The notes under the pieces: generated by a model
The model's database searches: none
What the model was told of the DNA's origin: nothing
What the model saw: only the letters and a program-made list of their open reading frames with translations
In this document: positions 22,150 through 31,270 of the stretch, one piece after another
How the letters are laid out: every line of letters begins with the position of its first letter
Numbering within the stretch: the first letter of the stretch is position 1
Program-made: the position numbers and the translations under genes
Source of the DNA: a virus
IMG/VR virus record: IMGVR_UViG_3300045988_110070
Coordinates: 1 to 35,349 of that record
Reading direction: 5' to 3' (one strand)
DNA: 35,349 nt

Positions 22150-22355
22150 AAACAAAAAAAAATCCGCGACCGAAAACAAAAAAACACCCTGGCACCGCCT
22201 CCCCCCCCGCCCCCGGAAAGGACCGCCGGAGGTAGCAATCACCCAGTGCGATGCCCGATTTGCCGGGATTTCGAGTGACCGCGACCACAAGGTCGGGTCC
22301 GTTACCCTGGAAGTAACCGCCCCGACCCGACGGGGCACAACAGACAGGAGGGCAG

Positions 22356-23753
22356 ATGTCAGCATCACCCGCAACCGCCGCAGCCCAGATGGAGTACTGG
22401 GCCACCTGCGGCCCCGGGAAACCCCAAGGAGGTGACTACAGCGTCGGCTATTCACAGCCCGACCGGTGGATGGCGTACGAACGGTCCACCGACCTCGGCT
22501 GGCTCACCGCGGACGCCAACATGGACTGCTCCGCCGGTGTCGCCGCCGCCTGGAACTACGCGTTCCACGCCGACGGAGAGCCCTGGAACTCCAACGTCAT
22601 GTTCCCCAAGGACACGTACACCGGCAATATCCGCGGCTACGCCGTCTCCAGAGGCTTCGAAGACGTCCACTGGGACGACAACAGCCTCTACCCGGACGGC
22701 GGACTCCAGGCCGGCGACCTGATCCTCTCCGAGGCGGCCTCGGGCGGCGCCGGCCACGTCGCCATGGTCACCAGGAACGGCCTGTCCGAAGCGTGGATCG
22801 CGGAAGACGGCTCCATCGACGGGTACATCGGCGACCAGACCGGCTCCGAGTGCCGGTGCGTGTCCTACGAGGGCCACCTGTACACGCGGACGGCCCGGTG
22901 GACGCACTGCCTCCGCTACCTCGGCGGCACCGCGGCGCCTGTTCCACCGGCGCAGGAGCAGTCCCGCGCCGGCCACGACGGGTACGAGCTGTCGTACGTG
23001 CAGCAGGCCGTCCTCCGCGCCGCGGACAACGTCGGCTGCCCCTGGTGGGCGGCGCTCGCGGCCCTGTGGATGGAGACCGGCGAGTACGGGGCGAACATCT
23101 TCGGCCACGACGCGGGCGGCGCCTACTGCGGCGGCGGTGAAGTCACCGAGGAGAAGTTCCGGGACTTCTACGCGCAGATCAGTGCCGGGGCCACGTCCAA
23201 CGGCGTCGGGCCGCTGCAGGTCACGTACCCCGGCTACTTCTTCAACGACCCCGACCGGGCCTGGTGGGACCCTGAGAAGTCCGCCGAGGTCGGTTGCGGC
23301 ATCATCAGGGACCTCATCAACGCGGAAGGCGACTCGTATGAAGACCTGAGGCGTGTCGGGTCCCGCTACAATTCGGGCAGCGCTTACGGCGCCTACGAGG
23401 CGTACGGTGAGCCGTTCAGTGACCGGTGCAGGTCGTGGTACAACTACGGGCGCCCCAACGGCGCAGGACAGGAGGCATGGGAAATGGCTGAAGGTGTTGA
23501 CCTTCTCAGGGAGATCAGGGACCTGTTCAGGTCCGGTCAGGCCGGCGACCACTTCGCCGGCGACATGAACTGGTACGCGAAGGCGACCTACGAGGAGGCC
23601 CGGGCGGTCCACGCCTCGGTCGACAAGGTCCTCGACGCGCTCACCCCCGGCCAGGAGGGCGTCAAGTCCGCGGGTGCGATCTACGGCGCTGTCAACGACA
23701 TTCGCGTCGCCGTGAAGCCCGCCGACGGCGAGCGGCCCGACGCTGCGAAGTGA
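22356..23753 (+). CDS. Endolysin with an N-terminal Cys-His peptidase (NlpC/P60 or CHAP-like) and a central lytic transglycosylase/lysozyme-like domain
   Basis: RBS AGGAGGG. Candidate nucleophile in NMDCSAGVAAAWNY and candidate His in GGAGHVAMV. The central WMETGEYGAN ... SNGVGPLQVTYPGYF is SLT-like. Followed by holin-like genes. Confidence 0.7.
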   Translation: MSASPATAAAQMEYWATCGPGKPQGGDYSVGYSQPDRWMAYERSTDLGWLTADANMDCSAGVAAAWNYAFHADGEPWNSNVMFPKDTYTGNIRGYAVSRGFEDVHWDDNSLYPDGGLQAGDLILSEAASGGAGHVAMVTRNGLSEAWIAEDGSIDGYIGDQTGSECRCVSYEGHLYTRTARWTHCLRYLGGTAAPVPPAQEQSRAGHDGYELSYVQQAVLRAADNVGCPWWAALAALWMETGEYGANIFGHDAGGAYCGGGEVTEEKFRDFYAQISAGATSNGVGPLQVTYPGYFFNDPDRAWWDPEKSAEVGCGIIRDLINAEGDSYEDLRRVGSRYNSGSAYGAYEAYGEPFSDRCRSWYNYGRPNGAGQEAWEMAEGVDLLREIRDLFRSGQAGDHFAGDMNWYAKATYEEARAVHASVDKVLDALTPGQEGVKSAGAIYGAVNDIRVAVKPADGERPDAAK

Positions 23754-23878
23754 ACCCCCATATCGTCCCGTGCGCAGCCCATTGGTTCGCCGCAGCGGCG
23801 ATCCTGGGCGCGTACTGGGTCGGGCGGCTAGAAGGCCGTCAAGAAACAACGGAGGAGAAAGATGAACCTGACTGCTGA
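23750..23878 (+). CDS. Possible 42-aa single-TM protein between lysin and holin
   Basis: GTG 23750 forms a GTGA overlap with the lysin stop. Hand translation: VNPHIVPCAAHWFAAAAILGAYWVGRLEGRQETTEEKDEPDC. No SD sequence. Overlaps the holin start by 17 nt. Confidence 0.3.
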   Translation: MNPHIVPCAAHWFAAAAILGAYWVGRLEGRQETTEEKDEPDC

Positions 23879-24212
23879 GCAGAGCGCGACTCTGACCGCG
23901 GTGGCCGCCGTGGCGTGGCCTTTCGTTCAGGCGGCCCTGGACAGGCCGTACTGGACTGCGGGCAAGCGGCGCGCCCTGACCCTGGCTGCTGTTGTTCTGA
24001 TCGCTGCTGGCACGTGGTTCGTGGGCGCCTACCCGGCGACCGCCGAGGCCGCCGTGTCCCAGCTGCTGGCTGTTGCCGGCCTTGTTCTCGGGGCTTTCAA
24101 CATCCTGAAGAGCGTGAAGATCAACGGCATCTCGGTCCTCGACTGGGCGGGCATTGTCACTCCCGGTGGTGTCACCCTGCGTGACGCCGGCGCCGGGAAG
24201 CACAAGGCCTGA
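23862..24212 (+). CDS. Holin-like membrane protein
   Basis: 116 aa with RBS GGAGGAG. Two to three hydrophobic segments (LTLAAVVLIAAGTWFVGAY, LLAVAGLVLGAFNIL). Adjacent to the endolysin. Confidence 0.6.
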   Translation: MNLTAEQSATLTAVAAVAWPFVQAALDRPYWTAGKRRALTLAAVVLIAAGTWFVGAYPATAEAAVSQLLAVAGLVLGAFNILKSVKINGISVLDWAGIVTPGGVTLRDAGAGKHKA

Positions 24213-24223
24213 CCGGTCCTCAC

Positions 24224-24260
24224 GGGTACCCCGCCAGTTCGGCCGGCTGGCGGGGTACCC
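24224..24260 (+). terminator. Strong stem-loop terminator between the lysis cassette and the terminase genes
   Basis: Perfect 14-bp arms GGGTACCCCGCCAG and CTGGCGGGGTACCC with a 9-nt loop, followed by TTGTGCTCT. Confidence 0.65.
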
Positions 24261-24294
24261 TTGTGCTCTGACCGCAACTGTTAGGAGTTTTCTC

Positions 24295-24642
24295 GTGACA
24301 CGTCTGACATCTGCTAGGCGCCTGCGCAAGGAAGTGCTGGAGGAGTGGGATCTGTCGCCGGTTGAGGCGCGGATCCTGGACGACATGTGCCATGAAGCCG
24401 AGCTGATCTCCCGGATGGCGAAGGAGCTGGACGGCGGGGACCTGCTGACGGTCGGGTCGACCGGTCAAATGCGCCCCAATCCCCTGCTCGCGGAGATCCG
24501 GCAGCACCGGGCGGTGATGGCGTCCCTCGCGAAAGCTTTGCGGCTGCAGGATGACACCGACGAGGCCCGTCTGGCGCGGTCGGAGCACGCTGCGACCGCG
24601 GCGGCCGGCCGCTGGGGGCTGACGCATGGCACGTCGGCGTAA
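24295..24642 (+). CDS. terS: Terminase small subunit (P27-like)
   Basis: Start at GTG 24295 with AGGAG 8 nt upstream. 115 aa. GSTGQMRPNPLLAEIRQHRAVMASLAKALRL resembles the P27-family core. Overlaps terL. Confidence 0.65.
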   Translation: MTRLTSARRLRKEVLEEWDLSPVEARILDDMCHEAELISRMAKELDGGDLLTVGSTGQMRPNPLLAEIRQHRAVMASLAKALRLQDDTDEARLARSEHAATAAAGRWGLTHGTSA

Positions 24643-26380
24643 CAGCACGCCGGCCGCGGCCAGCGAATGGGATGAGGCCGAGTGGCCGGCGATCAAAGCC
24701 TGGTACAAGGAGCGTCTGTCCGCTCCGGCCGCCTTGCCCGACTGCGCGTGGCCGCCGGTCGCGCACGGCCCGGTCTGGACCATCGAGAACGGCCGGTGGC
24801 TGCTGCCCGACAGCACCATCGGGTGGGACGTGCTCGCGTGGGCGTCTTCCTCGCTGGTCGGACCGGGCGGCGGCGCATGGACATTCACGCCGGAACAGGC
24901 CAGGTTCATCCTCTGGTACTACGCGATAGACGATGACGGCATGTTCCTGGCGCCCACAGTCGTCCTGCAGCGATGCAAAGGCTGGGGGAAAGACCCGCTG
25001 GCCGGTGTGATCGCCCTGAACGCCCTCCTCGGCCCCTCCCTCCCGCAGTCCGCACCCCACGGCGTCCGAGGTCGACGCGAACAGACGCCATGGATCCGCC
25101 TGCTCGCCGTGTCGCAGCAGCAGACCGAGAACACGATGGGGGCGATCCGGGCGATCGCCCCCGCGCAGGCGCAGTCCGAGCTCGGCATACGCGTCATCTC
25201 CACGTACGTGCGTCCCACGGACGGCTCCCCGGGCTTCATCACCGCGATCACGTCGAACCCCGATGCTGCCGAAGGATCTCGCGCCACCCTGACGATCTGC
25301 AACGAGACCCAGAACTGGACGGCCTCCAATGCCGGCATCGCGATGATGGGGGTCGTGCGCGGCGACGCCGCGAAATCACCTCCGGACCGGCAGGCGCGCG
25401 TGCTGCACATCTGCAACGCCGCCCGCGTCGGCGTTGAATCCGTGGGCCTCGCGACCAGGGAGGCGTGGGAGCAGTCCCAGGCCGGGAAGATCCGCTCCTA
25501 CGGGCTTATGTACGACACTCTGGAAGCTCCTCCGCAGGCGCCGCTGACCGCGGAGGACGCCCCCGAAGTCGTGAAAGGCGTTCGAGGTGACGCCACCTGG
25601 CTGTCACCGGACCGGATCGTTCAGGACGTCCTCGACCCTGAAACCCCGCCGTCCGAGTCCAGGCGGAAGTGGTACAACCAGGTCACCGCCGCCGAGGACG
25701 CGTGGGTCACCAGGGAAGAGTGGGACGCATGCTGCGCCAAGGACCTGCCCGCACTCGACCCCGACGACGAGCTTGTTTTGTTTTTCGATGGCGGTAAGTC
25801 GGACGACGCGACCGCTTTCGTGGGCTGCCGGATCTCCGACGGCGCCGTGTTCCCCCTCGGGGTGTGGCAACGGCCGCCCGATGCCCGCGCCCACGGTTGG
25901 GTCGCTCCCCGCGAAGAGATCGACCAACGCGTCCGCGACATCCTCGACCACAACAACGTCGTCGCCCTATGGTGCGACCCGTCCCACGCCAAGGACGACG
26001 AAACAATGGTGGCTTTCTGGGACGGCATCATCGACGGCTGGCACCGCGACTACCGGCGGAAACTCCGCATGCCGGCCTCCAGGCAGCACGCCACCAGATG
26101 GGACATGTCCGACCCGTCCCACACGGCCCGGTTCGTCCGCGGCGTCAACCGCGTCTACGCGGACATCGAAGCCGGCGGCCTCCTCCACGACGGCGACGCC
26201 CGACTCCGCGCCCACGTGCTCCACGCCCGCCGCGTCCCCTCCAAATGGGGGCCGTCCATCGCGAAGAACCACCGCGAGTCCAGGAAGAAAATCGACCTGG
26301 CCGTCGCCATGGTCGGTGCCCGTATAATGCGTGAAGAGTACAGAAACAGTCGCCGCAGAGGACGCGGAAAGGTATGGTGA
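24626..26380 (+). CDS. terL: Terminase large subunit
   Basis: 584 aa, positioned between terS and the portal. Has an N-terminal ATPase-like region (RCKGWGKDPLAG) and a C-terminal nuclease-size region. Confidence 0.8.
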   Translation: MARRRNSTPAAASEWDEAEWPAIKAWYKERLSAPAALPDCAWPPVAHGPVWTIENGRWLLPDSTIGWDVLAWASSSLVGPGGGAWTFTPEQARFILWYYAIDDDGMFLAPTVVLQRCKGWGKDPLAGVIALNALLGPSLPQSAPHGVRGRREQTPWIRLLAVSQQQTENTMGAIRAIAPAQAQSELGIRVISTYVRPTDGSPGFITAITSNPDAAEGSRATLTICNETQNWTASNAGIAMMGVVRGDAAKSPPDRQARVLHICNAARVGVESVGLATREAWEQSQAGKIRSYGLMYDTLEAPPQAPLTAEDAPEVVKGVRGDATWLSPDRIVQDVLDPETPPSESRRKWYNQVTAAEDAWVTREEWDACCAKDLPALDPDDELVLFFDGGKSDDATAFVGCRISDGAVFPLGVWQRPPDARAHGWVAPREEIDQRVRDILDHNNVVALWCDPSHAKDDETMVAFWDGIIDGWHRDYRRKLRMPASRQHATRWDMSDPSHTARFVRGVNRVYADIEAGGLLHDGDARLRAHVLHARRVPSKWGPSIAKNHRESRKKIDLAVAMVGARIMREEYRNSRRRGRGKVW

Positions 26381-26386
26381 CCGCCC

Positions 26387-27727
26387 ATGAGTGACCGCCC
26401 CTGGGAGAAGCTCGCCGAGGACACCGCCGAGAAGCGGTGGGAAGCTCAGCAGCGCCAAGAGGACCTCGTCCCCGGGTCGACCACGCCCGGCCTCGGCGCG
26501 CCGCTCGCGACCGTGGACGGCGGCGGCAAAAGCGCCGACCAGAGACGCCTCCGCGCGCTCGCACTCGGCCCGACCCTCGCTCTTCTCGTGGACACGCTCG
26601 GCCGTCAGATCATCGCTGACGGCGTCACCCGCACCGCCGACCAGCAGGGCGACCTCGCCGCACTGTGGGCGCCATGGGAACGCGCCGGCATGCCAACACG
26701 CCAGACGGCCCTTTGGAAAGCCGCCCTGACCGACGGGGAGGCGTTCCTGCTGGTCGCGCCGAACGGCCCGACCGCGAAGCTCGAGGCCGCCTCGGTCGCC
26801 CGCGTCGGCGTGGACTGGGGCGACGACCCCACCGCGGACTGGCCCGCCCGCGCCGTGTTCCTCACGAAAGGCGGCCGCCCGACCCTGTACGTCACAAGCC
26901 AGGACCTGATCCGCATCGACCGGTCGGGCGACCCCTACGAGGTTGTCCACCACGGCATCGGGTACGCCCCCGTCTGCCGTTTCGCTCCTTATCTGTCCAT
27001 CGACGGCGACGCGGAGTCCCTCGTGGACCGGCTGCGGATCCCCGCCCGCCGGTACATCAAAACAGTCCACGACCGGCTCCTCATCCAGCACTCCAACTCA
27101 TGGCGAGTGAAGACTGTCACCGGCTTGGACGACCCCGGCAGCATCGAGGACGCCGAGCGGATGAAGGCGCACCTGTCGAACTCGTCGATCCTGACCGGCG
27201 GAGACGGCGTCCAGTTCGGGTCGCTGCCCGAGACCAGCATGCAGTCCGTCCTCGATGCGGAGCGCGCCGACCTCGGAACCCTTGCCGCGCTCGCGTCCGT
27301 CCCATCCTGGTCCCTGTCAGGGTCGCAGCTCGTCAACTTGTCCGCAGACGCTCTCGCTGAAGCGAAGTCGGCTGAACGGGCGCACATCACCTCGATCCAA
27401 CGCGCGCTCGGCCGACCGCTCCTGAACGCGCTCCGCGCTTCCGCTCAGATCGAACGCCGCATCTCCGACGCGAACGACTACACGCTCCGCGTCGACTGGC
27501 GCGACACGGAAGCCCGATCGCTGTCGCAGGCCGCGGACGCGCTCGGCAAGCTGTCCCAGTCGCTCGGAGTTCCCGCCCAGCTGCTGTGGCAGCGGATCCC
27601 CGGCGTGTCGCCCGCCGAAGCGCAGGAATGGCAGGAGTACGCGGACGCGCACCCGTCCGAGCTGGAAGCGTACGCCCGCGCCCTCACCGCCGACGGTGAA
27701 GGCACCCCGCCCGCCGAGGAGTCCTGA
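26387..27727 (+). CDS. Portal protein
   Basis: 446 aa, immediately after terL, with an acidic C-terminus. Call rests on synteny and size. Confidence 0.75.
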   Translation: MSDRPWEKLAEDTAEKRWEAQQRQEDLVPGSTTPGLGAPLATVDGGGKSADQRRLRALALGPTLALLVDTLGRQIIADGVTRTADQQGDLAALWAPWERAGMPTRQTALWKAALTDGEAFLLVAPNGPTAKLEAASVARVGVDWGDDPTADWPARAVFLTKGGRPTLYVTSQDLIRIDRSGDPYEVVHHGIGYAPVCRFAPYLSIDGDAESLVDRLRIPARRYIKTVHDRLLIQHSNSWRVKTVTGLDDPGSIEDAERMKAHLSNSSILTGGDGVQFGSLPETSMQSVLDAERADLGTLAALASVPSWSLSGSQLVNLSADALAEAKSAERAHITSIQRALGRPLLNALRASAQIERRISDANDYTLRVDWRDTEARSLSQAADALGKLSQSLGVPAQLLWQRIPGVSPAEAQEWQEYADAHPSELEAYARALTADGEGTPPAEES

Positions 27728-27730
27728 CCG

Positions 27731-28522
27731 GTGGCCCTCACCACCGTCGGGGCGGCCCTCACCGCCGGATACCAGCGGCACATCTCCGCGATGGCCGCCG
27801 CCACCGGACTGGCAGTAGCCGACGCCATGGACGACATCGACCCTGACGACATCGGCGGCGCCCACCAGTACGCGGTGAAGGAAGCCGCCGACGCCATCCA
27901 AGCCGGCACCCGCCAAGGCCGCGCTCTCACGGCCCAGTACCTCACCCGGTACGCCCGCGCCGAAGATATCGACCTGCCGTCCCTCCCCGCGGTCCGCCCT
28001 ATCGCCAGGCAGGACGCCGTCCGCACCGCGTTCTACTCCGGCCCCGTCCGCGCGAAAACCCTCATCCGCCGCGGCATCAGCGGAGAGCAGGCCGTCGCTG
28101 AAATGCGGGACTGGGCCGCCCAATGGGGCCGCACCCGCGTCGAGTCCGCGTCCCGCGACTACGTCATCCAATCCGCCAGGCGCACCCGGCTGAAGTGCAG
28201 GCGCGTCATCGTCGGCAAAACATGCGCGTTCTGCTCCATGCTCGCGGCCCGCGGCCCCGTCTACACCGAAGACACCGTCACGTTCCGCGCGCACCGCTGC
28301 TGCGACTGCACCTGGGAAATCTGCAAGGAAACCCCCAACGAATGGCTGAAACGGTCTGCGACGTCACGCGAGCTGCGCATCAACGCCGCCTACCAGGAAG
28401 CCGCCGCGAACATCCATGCGTCCGGCGAGGCCCTGTCCGGCCGGCCGGGCCGGCACAACATCACCATGGAAATGCGGCGCGTCGCCCCTGAGTTGTTCTC
28501 CGACGGGTGGAAGGCCCGTTGA
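27731..28522 (+). CDS. MuF-like minor capsid / head morphogenesis protein
   Basis: GTG start 3 nt after the portal stop. 263 aa. The Cys cluster CAFCSMLAARGPVY...FRAHRCCDC resembles those of MuF/SPP1 gp7-like proteins. Confidence 0.6.
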   Translation: MALTTVGAALTAGYQRHISAMAAATGLAVADAMDDIDPDDIGGAHQYAVKEAADAIQAGTRQGRALTAQYLTRYARAEDIDLPSLPAVRPIARQDAVRTAFYSGPVRAKTLIRRGISGEQAVAEMRDWAAQWGRTRVESASRDYVIQSARRTRLKCRRVIVGKTCAFCSMLAARGPVYTEDTVTFRAHRCCDCTWEICKETPNEWLKRSATSRELRINAAYQEAAANIHASGEALSGRPGRHNITMEMRRVAPELFSDGWKAR

Positions 28523-28558
28523 TATATACTGCACGCAGCGCACCAAAAGGAGGAGCTA

Positions 28559-29122
28559 ATGGCTGATTCGAAGCCCCGCCCGGACGCGTCCGCGTCCGCG
28601 GCATCCACCGACAGCGACGCCAAGGCCGACCCGAAGTCGGTGACGGGCGTCGAAGAGCCCGCCAGCGAGCCCGAGCAGTCCGCCCCCGCGGAGCCTGCCG
28701 CCGACGCTGACGAGCCCCGGCCCGAACAGTCCGCCGACAATGGGGACGCTTCATCGAAGCCCGCTGACAAGCCTGAGGCCGCGCCCGCTGACACGGGTGG
28801 CGCGGAGCCCGCCCCCCAGGTCCCCGCCGCGGACGCCGCCGCCGACCAGCCGCCGGCTGTCGACTACAAGGCTCTCGCCGAGGCCGCCCGCGCCGAACTG
28901 GACAACCTGAAGGCGAAGCTCGCCACCCAGGAGTCCCTTAAAGCCGCCGGCCTCGCCCCCGAGCTCGCCGACTACGTCACCCTCGACACTCCCGAGGATG
29001 CCCAGAAGCTCGCCGCGATCATCGCCCCCCAGCCGCAGGCGTCCCCGTTCGCCCCGGTCGGAGACGATGACGATGACGACAACATCACCACCATTGGCAA
29101 CCGGATCTTCGGTCGCCGCTGA
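28559..29122 (+). CDS. Scaffolding protein
   Basis: RBS AAAGGAGGAG. 187 aa, acidic and A/P/D/E-rich with a central coiled coil. Directly precedes the major capsid gene. Confidence 0.7.
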   Translation: MADSKPRPDASASAASTDSDAKADPKSVTGVEEPASEPEQSAPAEPAADADEPRPEQSADNGDASSKPADKPEAAPADTGGAEPAPQVPAADAAADQPPAVDYKALAEAARAELDNLKAKLATQESLKAAGLAPELADYVTLDTPEDAQKLAAIIAPQPQASPFAPVGDDDDDDNITTIGNRIFGRR

Positions 29123-29137
29123 TAGGAAGGAAGCCCC

Positions 29138-30067
29138 ATGGCTAACTTTGCAACCCCGGCGATGAAGGTCACCAAGAGCTCCGTCGCCGCTCTCCGTTAC
29201 CTGTCCGCTCTGCCCCGCACCATCAACCGTGACGCCGAGGTCGGTTACGAAGCCGGCTACGGCAGCACCGTCAATGTGCCCATGCCCGTCAAGGCGACCG
29301 CTGCGACCCGCACCAAGGCTCAGCGCGCCGCCCGCAACGCCATCGGCTACACCGACCTGACCCGCCAGTACGTGCCCGTCGAGCTCGCCGACCAGATCTA
29401 CTCCGCGGTCCGCCTGCCCTCCGACTGGTACACGTGGACCCTGCAGTCCTTCGAGGATGAGGTCGCCAAGCCGACCGCCGAGGCCGTCGTTGACGAGCTC
29501 CCCAAGAAGCTCGCCGGGCTCATGACCACGATCAAGGCCTCGCAGGCCGCTGACGCTTCCGCCGCCGCCGTTGATTACACCGACGCCAAGGCCCTGAAGC
29601 TGAAGAGCGACTCCTCGAACGTTCTCGAGGTCGTGGCCCGTCTCGCCCGCGTCCTCAACAGCCGCGAGGTCCCCACCTCGGACCGGACGGTCGCTGTCGG
29701 CCCCGGTGTCGCCGAGGTCATCCAGAAGAACCGCGACCTGGCGTCCGCCGCCTACCAGGCCGACGACGGTGGCAGCCTCCACGAGGCCATCATCAGCCGC
29801 CTGAAGGGCTTCACCATCATCGAGGATCCGCGCCTCCCGGAGAAGTTCGGCATCGCCTACCAGCGTGACGCGTTCACGATGGCTCTGCGTGCTGCGACTG
29901 TGCCGCTCGGCGCCTCCTACGGTGCGAACCACGCCGAGGACGGTTTCGCCCTGCGCCTGATCTGCGACTACGACCCGGACCAGGCCGAGGACCGCGCGGT
30001 TGTCGACGCGTTCTTCGGCGCTGCGGTCATGGACGCCCAGCGGGCTACCGCTTTCGGACTCGCCTGA
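29138..30067 (+). CDS. Major capsid protein
   Basis: RBS GGAAGGAAG. 309 aa. Position after the scaffold. Codon usage looks like that of a highly expressed gene (NNC-rich). Confidence 0.75.
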   Translation: MANFATPAMKVTKSSVAALRYLSALPRTINRDAEVGYEAGYGSTVNVPMPVKATAATRTKAQRAARNAIGYTDLTRQYVPVELADQIYSAVRLPSDWYTWTLQSFEDEVAKPTAEAVVDELPKKLAGLMTTIKASQAADASAAAVDYTDAKALKLKSDSSNVLEVVARLARVLNSREVPTSDRTVAVGPGVAEVIQKNRDLASAAYQADDGGSLHEAIISRLKGFTIIEDPRLPEKFGIAYQRDAFTMALRAATVPLGASYGANHAEDGFALRLICDYDPDQAEDRAVVDAFFGAAVMDAQRATAFGLA

Positions 30068-30072
30068 TCGCA

Positions 30073-30525
30073 ATGCCCACCACAGCGCTGGCGGACGTCA
30101 CTGACCTCGGGGACTGGCTCGGAGAGAGCATCACCGAGGACGGTGACGTCCGCCGCGCCAAGTGGGTGCTGCGGCGCGCCACCTCCCTTGTCCTTGAAAC
30201 CTGCGGGCGCGTCGCGCGCCCATGGACTCCGGCTGACGTCCCTGGCGGCGTGCAGGAAATCATCCTGTCCTGCGCGGCGCGAGCCTACGTCAACCCTGAA
30301 TCGTGGAGCTACGAACGACTCGACGACTGGATGGGCGGCGGGAAACCCGTCCCCGAGGACGGCCTGTACCTGACCCCTACCGAGAAGAAATCACTGCTCC
30401 TGTACATTGAGGACGCTCCCGCACGCGGCATGGGCGTGATGGGCACGTACCGTGAAGTGTGGCCGCCCGCGACGAACCGGTACGGCGACTCCGGGTGGAT
30501 CGACGCGATCAGGAGCAAGCCGTGA
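30073..30525 (+). CDS. Head-to-tail adaptor (connector) protein
   Basis: 150 aa; first gene after the capsid. Function by synteny. Confidence 0.6.
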   Translation: MPTTALADVTDLGDWLGESITEDGDVRRAKWVLRRATSLVLETCGRVARPWTPADVPGGVQEIILSCAARAYVNPESWSYERLDDWMGGGKPVPEDGLYLTPTEKKSLLLYIEDAPARGMGVMGTYREVWPPATNRYGDSGWIDAIRSKP

Positions 30526-30893
30526 GCCACCCGCACGCCCGCAGACGGCGGGCCGAGTGGCTGATGGTCGACTCGTGCGTGATCGACCGGCCCGAAAGGT
30601 CCATGAACTGGAACCCGCAGGCCGGCCACGACGAGCCGACAACGAGCCGCGTGTATGAAGGCAAGTGCCGGCTCCGGCAGCAGACGTCGTACGGCACCGC
30701 ACCGACCACCGGCGGGCACACGTACGAGCTGCAGCAGACTGAGCTGCACATTCCCCGCGGCGCATCGTATGAGCCGCGCATCGGCGACGTCGCCACCGTG
30801 ACCGGGTACGCGTACCCGTTCCGGATTCGCGGCCTGATCAACCAGACGCACCGGACCGCCACGAGAATGCTCGTTGATGCGGAGACCGACTGA
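30522..30893 (+). CDS. Head closure / stopper protein
   Basis: GTG 30522 forms a GTGA overlap, with AGGAG 6 nt upstream. 123 aa. Function by synteny. Confidence 0.55.
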   Translation: MSHPHARRRRAEWLMVDSCVIDRPERSMNWNPQAGHDEPTTSRVYEGKCRLRQQTSYGTAPTTGGHTYELQQTELHIPRGASYEPRIGDVATVTGYAYPFRIRGLINQTHRTATRMLVDAETD

Positions 30894-31270
30894 TGCCTGC
30901 CGACGTGACGCAGCTGCGCGCTCTTGCCGCCGACTTCGCTTCCGCCCAGGAGGCCGGGTCGGCGGTGCAGGTCGGCGTGCGCAACGCCTTGGACTCGGCG
31001 AAAGAACGGGCGCGGCAGGACTACCGGGCGTTCCCCAATAAGGGAATCGCCAAGGTGGGCGACACGTTCTCCTACGACACGAAGCCGTCCGGCGCTGTCG
31101 TGCAGGCCGAGTTCGGCCCGTCGAAGCCGAAAGGCGCGCTGGCCAACATCGCGATTTGGGGTACTCCTAAGGGCGGCGGCGGCATGCCGCACCCAGCCGA
31201 CTACATGGACGACAAAGTCACCGACGAGATCGCTTCCACCCTCGACGAGATACTGGACAAGCTGTCATGA
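30893..31270 (+). CDS. Neck / tail completion protein (HK97 gp10 position)
   Basis: 1-nt overlap (TGATG) with the upstream stop. 125 aa. Function by synteny. Confidence 0.55.
   Translation: MPADVTQLRALAADFASAQEAGSAVQVGVRNALDSAKERARQDYRAFPNKGIAKVGDTFSYDTKPSGAVVQAEFGPSKPKGALANIAIWGTPKGGGGMPHPADYMDDKVTDEIASTLDEILDKLS

Noticed and set aside
28523-28530. TATATACT just upstream of the scaffold gene, as a possible internal late promoter -10.
   Set aside because: There is no -35-like element (GACGGG at the right distance). It may be only the AT-rich stop-codon context, and it is unsupported without TSS data.
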